DNA of 40,873 nucleotides from a virus (Duplodnaviria; Heunggongvirae; Uroviricota; Caudoviricetes): IMG/VR virus record IMGVR_UViG_2609460344_000022; one strand, 5' to 3'. Shown piece by piece: positions 10,145 to 18,050 of this stretch (position 1 is its first letter; each line of letters starts with the position of its first letter). The notes under the pieces were generated by a model. It saw only the letters and a program-made list of their open reading frames with translations, ran no database searches and was not told where the DNA came from. The position numbers and the translations under genes were made by a program.

Positions 10145-10599
10145 CCCCTTACCTCCGCAGATAGTGCAGCCAAAACAGCTTCATTTGTTTCAGTTGTAAA
10201 ACCAGAATTATCGATTCCATTTATATTGCGGTGTGACTTCAATATTTCTTTATACTCGATCTCTGTTAGGTTCAATGATGATTTCATGCCAGATTTTCTA
10301 ATAGTGTAATATCTTCTTACATCACTGCTTGAAAATGCTTCTTGAATAACAGCTTCTATATAAAGGCGGTCAATGCTAAGATTATCAGAGTTTGATTCAG
10401 TAACGCGTATGGCAGCTAATTCAACATTATATAAATTAAGAATATCGAGGATGTTATTTCTCACATACTTTAACTTTTCTGGTGTGTCTAAGGTCGAAGG
10501 TATTTTAATAACATCAACACATTTGAGTGCAGACTCATTAGTGCAATATACAACAAAAGATGTAACTTTGGGCGCCGCTCTAACACCTAGTATTCTCAT
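10138..10599 (-). CDS. Hypothetical kinase-partner protein
   Basis: 153-aa ORF overlapping kinase start by 7 nt (translational coupling); AT-rich; no recognized motif. Confidence 0.55.
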   Translation of the reverse strand: MRILGVRAAPKVTSFVVYCTNESALKCVDVIKIPSTLDTPEKLKYVRNNILDILNLYNVELAAIRVTESNSDNLSIDRLYIEAVIQEAFSSSDVRRYYTIRKSGMKSSLNLTEIEYKEILKSHRNINGIDNSGFTTETNEAVLAALSAEVRGC

Positions 10600-10666
10600 T
10601 TTTTATATCCTATTTTAGAATCAGGCCGCATCTCTGCGACCATCCATCATCCAAACGTCTCTTCAC

Positions 10667-11008
10667 TCATCCGAAGAAGCAGCAATCCGGGTCAGCACGC
10701 ACAAGCTCAAGCGCATCAGTCAGCGAAAGTTCAGTACTGTACTGATGCCATTTCATATCCTTCCGCATCCAATAGATTTTCCATCTATCCAGAGAACGTA
10801 TGTACTTGATTCTTGCTGATGGCAGGATGTTTGTTTCACCTGGATTGCCCTGCCACACGGGGCGCTGTTCGCCGATATCTATCGTTTGGTCATTGATGCT
10901 ATAAACAATATCCAGTTCATTGCGGATATGTTCAGGCGGCCTTATGCTTTCAATGAATTGGTTAACTTCTTTTTTGACCGCTTGATATTCAAGGTCAGTG
11001 AACGCCAT
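10667..11008 (-). CDS. Hypothetical protein downstream of cI
   Basis: 113-aa ORF between cI and the kinase pair, same strand. Confidence 0.5.
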   Translation of the reverse strand: MAFTDLEYQAVKKEVNQFIESIRPPEHIRNELDIVYSINDQTIDIGEQRPVWQGNPGETNILPSARIKYIRSLDRWKIYWMRKDMKWHQYSTELSLTDALELVRADPDCCFFG

Positions 11009-11068
11009 CTATCCTCCTCACCCAAACGTCTCTTCAGGCCACTGGTTACCAGCTATGTGACGATGAAG

Positions 11069-11773
11069 TCACGAACTTTTCAGCCACTCCCTTGCCTCGA
11101 TGTCATCCAGATGGCGAGATTGCTTCAGAATACCAGCTACATACTCCACCTTTGCTACTTGATGATAAGGCAACGTTATTGGCCTATGATCTTGGTTGAT
11201 GCTTGTAAATTGGTATTCTCCGTCTCTGTCATAGCCAAGAACTTTGATCATGTTGTGTCCTTCAACAGTTCTGACAAACACCTCATCCCCCGGGAATACT
11301 TTGGTGTTAGGCTCTATGAGTACATATTCTCCTGATTTTATTCTGGGCCACATGCTGTCTCCTTTCACACGAAGACCAAAGGCATCTGGATCATCGCTAT
11401 AAATTTTGAGCCACCCATCGCGCTCTTCGGTCATCTCGATGGCACCATCAACACCAAGAATTGCCTCACCAACCACGCGCACTAACCCTTTTCTTACCTG
11501 ACCGACAAAAGTTAAAGAATCTGAGCATGATGCAATTGGTGTTACATCATGTACCAAATCAAGCCACCCATTAGGTAACCCAAGTGCGGCTTCAAATTTT
11601 CTTGCTAGTTTATCCCCTATGTTTCGAGTGCTTTTTTCACCGGAGACTTGCGTGAGTTGAGAAGGGCTAACCCCAAGCTTATCGGCAAAGCTTGCATTAG
11701 TGTTACCCGCGATTTTTTTATGCTCATCTAGCAAAAACGCCAGATTTGATTTGCGAATATCTTTGTTTTCCAT
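11069..11773 (-). CDS. cI: CI-type repressor (HTH + S24 LexA-like peptidase domain)
   Basis: 234 aa; N-terminal HTH (FADKLGVSPSQLTQV), C-terminal autocleavage domain with Ser (GDSMWP) and Lys (MIKVLG); divergent from cro. Confidence 0.9.
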   Translation of the reverse strand: MENKDIRKSNLAFLLDEHKKIAGNTNASFADKLGVSPSQLTQVSGEKSTRNIGDKLARKFEAALGLPNGWLDLVHDVTPIASCSDSLTFVGQVRKGLVRVVGEAILGVDGAIEMTEERDGWLKIYSDDPDAFGLRVKGDSMWPRIKSGEYVLIEPNTKVFPGDEVFVRTVEGHNMIKVLGYDRDGEYQFTSINQDHRPITLPYHQVAKVEYVAGILKQSRHLDDIEAREWLKSS

Positions 11774-11886
11774 CTCACAATTTTCCCTCTATTTAGCAAA
11801 TGGATAAATACGCAATATGATAAATTTACATTGCGGTTGATTTATCAAAATGGTAAAGTTATTCTGTGTGATAAACGGAGGCACTA
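11774..11886. promoter_or_regulatory. OR / pRM-pR divergent promoter-operator region
   Basis: 113-bp cI-cro intergenic region with three TGATAAAT/ATTTATCA-type repeats; possible TTGCGG-N17-TAAAGT rightward promoter. Confidence 0.55.
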
Positions 11887-12120
11887 ATGAGTAATGAACT
11901 ACTACGCTGGCGAAAAGAGGCTTCTAGTGAGGAATGGAAGCGACTCGCCGCATTAGCGAAAACTTCAGTTGGCTATCTTGACCAGATTGCATATGGATTT
12001 CGAAGAGCTTCCCCTGATAAAGCGAATGCAATCGAAGAAGCTACTCGTAATTTCACGGGTTATAAACCTGTGAAAAAGGAAAACCTTGTGTTCGCATCGC
12101 GTAGAGCATCGGCAGCATAA
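11887..12120 (+). CDS. cro: Cro-like regulator
   Basis: 77-aa ORF divergent from cI, first gene of rightward operon. Confidence 0.65.
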   Translation: MSNELLRWRKEASSEEWKRLAALAKTSVGYLDQIAYGFRRASPDKANAIEEATRNFTGYKPVKKENLVFASRRASAA

Positions 12121-12127
12121 GTAACAC

Positions 12128-12173
12128 CGCTCTTTTCACAATGGGCATTCGTCCTACGTCGCTGACAAAGCGA
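12128..12173 (+). promoter_or_regulatory. Candidate nutR (boxA + boxB)
   Basis: CGCTCTTTTCACA (close to lambda boxA CGCTCTTACACA) followed by hairpin TCGCT-GACAA-AGCGA between cro and cII. Confidence 0.6.
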
Positions 12174-12258
12174 GCCCCAAGATATCTGACCAACTAAGGC
12201 CATATGCGTTTCCACGCATACCTTTCAACTAACTATTCACTATTTGGAATCATAAGAA

Positions 12259-12555
12259 ATGTCACAAACAAGTTACAGCAAACTGTCACAGCGCGATATC
12301 GATCGAGCTGAAACGGATTTACTTATCAACCTGTCAGCTCTGACGCAAAGGGGACTGGCGAAGATGATTGGCTGCCATGAATCGAAGGTCAGTCGTACCG
12401 ACTGGCGATACATCGCGGCGATTTTATGCGCGTTCCAGATGGCATCTGATATCAGTCCGATCAGCCGGGCTTTCCAGCATGCCATTAACGTTCATGCAAA
12501 TAAAAAACGTCCGGTTGGGGCCGGACGTTCTGAGCAAATCCTGATGAACATCTGA
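12259..12555 (+). CDS. cII: CII-like transcriptional activator
   Basis: 98 aa; C-terminus 'ANKKRPVGAGRSEQILMNI' resembles lambda CII 'TNKKRPAATERSEQIQMEF'; position after cro/nutR. Confidence 0.75.
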   Translation: MSQTSYSKLSQRDIDRAETDLLINLSALTQRGLAKMIGCHESKVSRTDWRYIAAILCAFQMASDISPISRAFQHAINVHANKKRPVGAGRSEQILMNI

Positions 12556-12622
12556 TATTCAGGCAGGGCATGGAGCAATACACGGGAATAATTCTGCCAC
12601 ATCTGGAAGAATTTCGCCAGCA

Positions 12623-12775
12623 ACAACACCAACCGCAGCAGCCTGAAGCCGATTGGGTTAACCCGGAGATACCGGGACCGTCTGTGAAGATGTGCAGTCA
12701 CACCAATGTGCAGTCACACCAACCGCAGCAGCCTGAAGCCGATTGGGTTAACCCGGGAGATACCGGGACCGTCTG
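12623..12775. repeat. Two ~58-bp direct repeats plus a 15-bp tandem repeat between cII and O-like gene
   Basis: 'caccaaccgcagcagcctgaagccgattgggttaacccgg(g)agataccgggaccgtctg' at ~12627-12684 and ~12717-12775; 'tgtgcagtcacacc' x2 between; a third, interrupted copy lies inside the O-like gene at ~13466-13550. Confidence 0.85.
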
Positions 12776-12808
12776 CGGTATGGAGTAAATCTTGTATGCG
12801 AGGGGACT

Positions 12809-13891
12809 ATGCGTAATTACGCAACAATTTCACCTCAGTTCTGGTTAGGCGATACAGGGCGAAAACTAAGGAAGTCTGGTCCGGAAAGTATGGTAGTGGC
12901 GTTGTATATGATGACCTCGCCTCATTCCAATATGCTGGGCCTTTATTACCTGCCTGTTTTGTACATTGCTCACGAAACCGGACTTGATCCTGAAGGGGCT
13001 TCTAAGGGGCTTCAAATGGCTTGCGAGGCTGGTTTTTGCAGCTATGACCATGATTCTGAGGTTGTATGGGTGCATGAAATGGCAGCATGGCAGGTTGGTG
13101 AATCGCTGAAACCTGGCGATAACCGTTGTGCTGGGGTAAGAAATGAATATTCCGCGTTGCTGGAAAATCCTTTTTTATCATCCTTTTATGATAGATATAA
13201 GGATGATTTCCATCTGGATGTCAGACGTGAATCATGTCGGAAAATTGAAGCCCCTTCAGAGCCCCTTTCAAGCCAAGAACAAGAACAGGAACAGGAACAG
13301 GAAAGAGATAAAACCCTTCTGGTCCATGGCGAAAAAATCGCCACGGACCCACAGGGGGATTCTTGCCCCGTTCTGACTGAGCGTCCAGGACCAACTGGCA
13401 CGACACCGGAAGCAGATTCCGGGCGTTGTGTGCAGCAGGTGCTGATCGTCGAACCGGAGCAACAGCACCAACCGCAGCAGCCTGATGCCGATTCCGCGAT
13501 GAGCGGGAAGCCGATTGGGTTAACCCGGGAGATGCCGGGACCGTCTGCGGGACGAGTTGATTATCCTGACGTGTTCGAACGGGTCTGGCGTGAATATCCG
13601 CATCGGGCAGGGTCAAACCCGAAGAAATCCGCGTTCAATGCCTGGAGGGCCAGATTACGCGAAGGGGTGTCACCGGATGTCGTGCTGGATGGCGTGAGGC
13701 GTTACGCAAGATACCTGGAGGCTACCGGGAAAGCGGGAACTGAATTTGTTCAGCAGGCATCGACGTTTTTTGGCCCGAACAGGAATTTCGAAAATCCGTG
13801 GTCGCTGCCGAAGGCTGGCGCAGTCAGCCTGCGTTGCGTGAATCACATTTCTGAACCGGACACCGAAATTCCGCCGGGTTTCAGGGGGTAA
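12809..13891 (+). CDS. Replication initiation protein (O-like, putative)
   Basis: 360 aa; first gene after cII, followed by DnaC-like loader; internal QEQEQEQEQE linker and iteron-like repeat copy. Confidence 0.55.
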   Translation: MRNYATISPQFWLGDTGRKLRKSGPESMVVALYMMTSPHSNMLGLYYLPVLYIAHETGLDPEGASKGLQMACEAGFCSYDHDSEVVWVHEMAAWQVGESLKPGDNRCAGVRNEYSALLENPFLSSFYDRYKDDFHLDVRRESCRKIEAPSEPLSSQEQEQEQEQERDKTLLVHGEKIATDPQGDSCPVLTERPGPTGTTPEADSGRCVQQVLIVEPEQQHQPQQPDADSAMSGKPIGLTREMPGPSAGRVDYPDVFERVWREYPHRAGSNPKKSAFNAWRARLREGVSPDVVLDGVRRYARYLEATGKAGTEFVQQASTFFGPNRNFENPWSLPKAGAVSLRCVNHISEPDTEIPPGFRG

Positions 13892-13897
13892 TCAGCC

Positions 13898-14638
13898 ATG
13901 AAAAACATTTCGACAGGAGGGATTCTTGAACGGGTGCGCCGTCTGGCACCACCGCACGTGGCAGCACCGTTCCGGACGACCGACGAATGGCGGGAATGGC
14001 AACTGGCTGAGGGCCGTAAGCGCAGCGAGGAAATTAACCGCCTGAATCATCAGGCGCGGGTTGAAAAAATCCTGAACCGTGCGGGCATCCAGCCGCTTCA
14101 CAGGAAGTGCTCATTCGGGAACTACCGGGTGCAGAACGACGGTCAGCGCCATGCTCTGAGCCAGGCGAAATCCATTGCCGATGAATTGATGACCGGTTAT
14201 ACAAACTTCGTGTTCAGCGGGAATCCGGGAACCGGAAAAAATCATCTGGCGGCGGCTGTGGGTAATCGTCTGCTGAATGCCGGTAAATCCGTGATAGTGG
14301 TCACCGTGGCGGATGTGATGAGCGCGTTACATGCCAGCTATGACGACGGACTGTCAGGGGAAAAATTTTTGCGTGAACTGTGCGAAGTGGACCTCCTGGT
14401 TCTTGACGAAATTGGCATCCAGCGTGAGACGAAAAACGAGCAGGTGGTACTGCACCAGATTGTTGACCGCCGGACGGCATCACTGCGCAGTGTCGGGATG
14501 CTGACAAACCTGAATCATGCCGCAATGAGCAAGCTTCTTGGTGAGAGGATTATGGACCGGATGACCATGAACGGTGGTCGTTGGGTGAATTTTAACTGGG
14601 AGAGCTGGCGGTCAAACGTTGGACGTCAGGGTATGTGA
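13898..14638 (+). CDS. DnaC-like helicase loader (AAA+ ATPase)
   Basis: 246 aa; strong resemblance to recalled E. coli DnaC (…CSFGNYRV…FSGNPGTGKNHLAAA…DLLVLDEIG…MLTNLN…LGERIMDRM); Walker A GNPGTGKN. Confidence 0.9.
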   Translation: MKNISTGGILERVRRLAPPHVAAPFRTTDEWREWQLAEGRKRSEEINRLNHQARVEKILNRAGIQPLHRKCSFGNYRVQNDGQRHALSQAKSIADELMTGYTNFVFSGNPGTGKNHLAAAVGNRLLNAGKSVIVVTVADVMSALHASYDDGLSGEKFLRELCEVDLLVLDEIGIQRETKNEQVVLHQIVDRRTASLRSVGMLTNLNHAAMSKLLGERIMDRMTMNGGRWVNFNWESWRSNVGRQGM

Positions 14639-14663
14639 GAATTTTTGACGAGGTAAATTTTCG

Positions 14664-15434
14664 ATGGAAACCGTATTGCATGCACTGAAAGCGATGGGAA
14701 AAGCCAATTCTGTTGAACTGGCGGCGCGGCTTGATATCAGCCGTGAAGAAGTTCTCAACGAACTGTGGGAGCTCAAAAAAAATGGCGTTGTTGATAAAAC
14801 GGGTCACACCTGGTTTCTGGCTGTCGAAGGTGAAGCCGGGGTAACCGAAGGGCAGGCACTGCAACCTGAAGCGCCGGATGTGGTAACCGAAGAGGTCGCT
14901 CCAAAAGTTACCGCAGACATGATGATTGAGTTTATCGATCAGGATGGGGCTAAAACGTGTGAGGAACTGGCGGGGAAGTTCGGTGTCAGCACTCGTAAGG
15001 TTGCTTCCACGTTGGCGGTGGTAACAGCAACGAGACGCCTGGTACGCGAGATCAGCAACGGAAAATTCCGTTACAAAATGCCTGATGTCGAAAACGGCGA
15101 TTTGAGCGCTTTATCATCGCAGAATAAGCAATCACACCATGACGCAGAAAACAGCGCGGCAGGCGATGAAATGAATCGTTTTCCGTTGGCATCAGAGAGC
15201 ACGGCAAAGGCCAGTACAGATGAGTTTATCCGAGAAGTTCCATCATTCACCGAAAAATCTGCCAGTTCGGTGATGCTTCCATCGCTGCATGCTGCCAGTC
15301 GAGAACTTCGTCGCGCCAAAAAACAGGTCCAGAAGTGGGAGCGAGTCTGCGCCGCGCTGCGGGAGCTGAACAAGCACCGGGATATTGTTCGACAGATTGT
15401 CGATTCATCCGGTCGTATTGTGTCGGAAAAGTGA
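14664..15434 (+). CDS. Hypothetical protein
   Basis: 256-aa ORF after replication genes; N-terminal wHTH-like segment. Confidence 0.5.
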   Translation: METVLHALKAMGKANSVELAARLDISREEVLNELWELKKNGVVDKTGHTWFLAVEGEAGVTEGQALQPEAPDVVTEEVAPKVTADMMIEFIDQDGAKTCEELAGKFGVSTRKVASTLAVVTATRRLVREISNGKFRYKMPDVENGDLSALSSQNKQSHHDAENSAAGDEMNRFPLASESTAKASTDEFIREVPSFTEKSASSVMLPSLHAASRELRRAKKQVQKWERVCAALRELNKHRDIVRQIVDSSGRIVSEK

Positions 15435-15845
15435 TTGCCGGAGGCGCTTATGGCGAAACCTTTTACACACGAACAGCGGGAAGAACTGAAGGCACGAATT
15501 ATCGGATTGGTACGCAAAAATGAACGCATGACGATATCGCAACTGGAGAGAGCGACGGGAGCAGGCTGGCATTCAGTCAGACGTTGCCTTGTGGATGTAC
15601 TGGCTTGTGGCGATTTATACATGTCCGGTAAATACGGTGTTTTTGCATCAGAACAGGTGTATCGCGTATGGCGTAAGACACCGGAGAAAACAACTGACCA
15701 GACATTGATTCGAAAGTTACCAGACGGAGAAATTCGCCGCTACGATAGACGCCTGAACATAATCTGTCGCGAGTGCCGGAATAGTGAAGTTATGCAGCGC
15801 GTGCTGGCTTTCTATCAGGGGAATTTTCAGGAGGCGGTACTGTGA
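15435..15845 (+). CDS. Hypothetical protein
   Basis: 136-aa ORF, tightly packed with neighbours. Confidence 0.5.
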   Translation: MPEALMAKPFTHEQREELKARIIGLVRKNERMTISQLERATGAGWHSVRRCLVDVLACGDLYMSGKYGVFASEQVYRVWRKTPEKTTDQTLIRKLPDGEIRRYDRRLNIICRECRNSEVMQRVLAFYQGNFQEAVL

Positions 15846-16486
15846 GTAAATTAGCTATCAGGCTTCAATTGTCGCTGGCATTCGCATCAAAGGAGAATGA
15901 GATGACCACTTTTACAAAAGAGCAGTTAATCAGTCATGTTAGTGAAAATGTAAAGGCGATGAAATTTGCAGTAAAACAGACAGCATTCAAAAATTCTCTC
16001 GAGGCAATTGAGTTGGATTTAGCACTGGCCCTTGTTGCTCAGGCTTCGCTGGAAGCAGAGCCCGTGCTTTATATGAATCGATTTACCGGAAAGACATTCT
16101 CACTGGAAGAGCAACCCGGTGCTGATAAGGAACCGGAAATATACGTGCCGCTATATGCTGCCCCGCCAGACAGCGCCGCCATGCTTCAGGCTGGAAACTT
16201 TCGGGAAAAGAAGGGTTCGTCAACCAATAATTTTCGGGAAATCTCGGAAACGTCAACCAACCATCCGGTAACTCTGGATGGTTGGATAAGCTGTAGTGAG
16301 CGAATGCCGGATGACGGTCAGCACGTAATTATTTTATGTGATGGCGCATTCGTTCTTTATGCGCAATATCGAGACGGTGAGTTTTTTGATGTAGTCCGTG
16401 ATGGTGATGAATTTTTCGAAACACAGAGCCGCAATGTAACCGACTGGATGCCGCTACCAGAACCGCCGCAGGAGGTGCGCCAATGA
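15842..16486 (+). CDS. DUF551-like phage protein
   Basis: 214 aa; C-terminal 'DGWISCSERMPDDGQ...WMPLPEPP' resembles DUF551 domain common in nin regions. Confidence 0.55.
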   Translation: MSKLAIRLQLSLAFASKENEMTTFTKEQLISHVSENVKAMKFAVKQTAFKNSLEAIELDLALALVAQASLEAEPVLYMNRFTGKTFSLEEQPGADKEPEIYVPLYAAPPDSAAMLQAGNFREKKGSSTNNFREISETSTNHPVTLDGWISCSERMPDDGQHVIILCDGAFVLYAQYRDGEFFDVVRDGDEFFETQSRNVTDWMPLPEPPQEVRQ

Positions 16487-16566
16487 ACTGGCCTGAAGCA
16501 TTTGCAATTACAGGCGTTGCTATGGCTATCACTTTTTTAGTATATGTTATTTGTCGGTGGGGGTAA
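16483..16566 (+). CDS. Small hydrophobic peptide (27 aa)
   Basis: ATGA overlap with upstream stop, GGAGG SD 7 nt upstream; MNWPEAFAITGVAMAITFLVYVICRWG; below ORF-track cutoff. Confidence 0.4.
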   Translation: MNWPEAFAITGVAMAITFLVYVICRWG

Positions 16567-16601
16567 AAACGTTCGCCGGGATTAACACCAAAGGAGGGAA
16601 T

Positions 16602-16706
16602 ATGTCGGATGATATATCACTGGCAATGGAAGGTGCGCTGGCTGTTATTGCTGTTGTGGGCGTTTACTGCCTGGTTGTGTTTTTGATGGATCGACTAGGG
16701 AACTGA
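16602..16706 (+). CDS. Small hydrophobic peptide (34 aa)
   Basis: AAGGAGGG SD 5 nt upstream of ATG; MSDDISLAMEGALAVIAVVGVYCLVVFLMDRLGN; single predicted TM helix. Confidence 0.45.
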   Translation: MSDDISLAMEGALAVIAVVGVYCLVVFLMDRLGN

Positions 16707-16951
16707 ATTCATTACGATATGGGAATTCCCATATCGGGTAAAAACGGTTTGCGGTAAAGCGAGAGTTAAGTAGAATTGCTGCGGGTGCTTGAGGCTGTCT
16801 GCCTCGGGCATGCCACCGTAAGGCAGACAGAGAAAAACCCCAGTTAACATTACGCGTCCTGCAAGACGCCTAACATTAATCTGAGGCCAATTTCATGCTA
16901 GACACATGTAGGTTAGCCTCTTACGCGCCGAAAGGCAAGGAGAAGCAGGCT

Positions 16952-17107
16952 ATGAAGCAGCAAAAGGCGATGTTAGTCGCCCTGATCGTCATCTGTATTA
17001 CCGTCGTAGTGACGGCACTGGTAACGAGGAAAGACCTCTGCGAGGTACGAATCCGAACCGGTCAGACGGAGGTTGCTGTCTTCACAGCTTACGAACCTGA
17101 GGAGTAA
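16952..17107 (+). CDS. hok: Hok/Gef-family type I toxin
   Basis: 51 aa, MKQQKAMLVALIVICITVVVTALVTRKDLCEVRIRTGQTEVAVFTAYEPEE closely resembles recalled Hok (…[25 protein letters not shown]…); AAGGAG SD; 5' and 3' UTR segments are mutually complementary. Confidence 0.85.
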   Translation: MKQQKAMLVALIVICITVVVTALVTRKDLCEVRIRTGQTEVAVFTAYEPEE

Positions 17108-17175
17108 GAGACCAGGCGAGGGAGAAATCCCTCGCCACCTCTGATGTGTCAGGCATCCTCAACGCACCCGCACTT

Positions 17176-17197
17176 AACCCGCTTCGGCGGGTTTTTT
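17176..17197 (+). terminator. Intrinsic terminator of hok mRNA
   Basis: AACCCGCTTCGGCGGGTT hairpin + TTTTT; an identical hairpin recurs at 18016-18036. Confidence 0.6.
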
Positions 17198-17316
17198 CAC
17201 TTACTGTGGTTGTGAATACGATTGGTATTAGGCTATGCTAACAACATTAGCCTGACTAATTTTGTATTGACTTGATTTTTGTTAAAGAACAGGACGGAGA
17301 AGTAAGGGTACACCCA

Positions 17317-17496
17317 ATGAGCTACGCACTAAAAAAACACCCGCGATTGACTATTCCCCCTCGCGATAAAAGCGTTGTGGCAGCTCCGCGCCCGGCTATC
17401 GATGAAAATTGCACTCATCGTGAGCAGGTGAAAAATGCTTTCGATTTCGGTTTTTCTCGTTACGAGAAGGCAATGGAAGAACTTTCAAAAGTGTAA
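17317..17496 (+). CDS. Putative antitoxin partner of Doc-like toxin (59 aa)
   Basis: Small ORF with GGAG/AAGGG SD, ending 18 nt before Doc-like gene; no recognized family. Confidence 0.4.
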   Translation: MSYALKKHPRLTIPPRDKSVVAAPRPAIDENCTHREQVKNAFDFGFSRYEKAMEELSKV

Positions 17497-17514
17497 TGAT
17501 GGGTATTGTGCTCT

Positions 17515-18000
17515 ATGGCTGATATTGTTGAAGGAGTGCACTACCTTTCGTTTGATGATCTTACCGAAATTAATCGCCTTTTAATTGAGCTTCAAACACC
17601 AGATGAACCTGTTAGTGTGCTGAGTGTTGATAATTTAAGTTCTTCTCAGTCTCGTCCCAGCATGGTTCGATGGTATGAACAGACTAATGACATGTTTGTA
17701 CTGGCATCAGTATTGATTGAAAGTCTGATTCAGAATCATCCATTTGCTAATGCAAACAAACGAACAGCTATGATGGCTGGTTATGTCTTCTTGTTGTTGA
17801 ATGGCTATGAGTTAACAGCACCAGGCGATGAAATCGTGGAAATGGCAGAGGGACTGGCCTGCAAAACCTATACTCGAGAAGATCTCGAGAACTGGTTGTG
17901 TTATTGGTCTCGTGCGTATGACGGCCGGGAATTATGTAAAACAGGCGCAACTGTTGTTTTGTATGAAACTATCAAGCTTAAAATAGAACAGCAAAACTAA
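17515..18000 (+). CDS. doc: Doc/Fic-family toxin
   Basis: 161 aa; motif HPFANANKRTAMMAG matches the Doc-type Fic motif HxFx(D/N)ANKR. Confidence 0.75.
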   Translation: MADIVEGVHYLSFDDLTEINRLLIELQTPDEPVSVLSVDNLSSSQSRPSMVRWYEQTNDMFVLASVLIESLIQNHPFANANKRTAMMAGYVFLLLNGYELTAPGDEIVEMAEGLACKTYTREDLENWLCYWSRAYDGRELCKTGATVVLYETIKLKIEQQN

Positions 18001-18050
18001 AGGTGCTTCTAATGAAAACCCGCTTCGGCGGGTTTTGTTGTATTGGAGTA

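Noticed and set aside
12570-12788. 72-aa ORF between cII and the O-like gene
   Set aside because: Consists almost entirely of the 58-bp and 15-bp direct repeats; no SD; more likely repeat or origin DNA than a gene
12623-13550. CRISPR array (from direct repeats near O and in the tail fibre)
   Set aside because: Repeats are not regularly interspaced by unique spacers and no cas genes are present; one set is iteron-like, the other is coding tandem repeat
16895-17107. Track ORF extending hok upstream in frame (70 aa)
   Set aside because: The Hok peptide begins at ATG 16952 with its own SD; the upstream extension is more likely leader sequence (or a mok-like coupling frame) than part of the toxin
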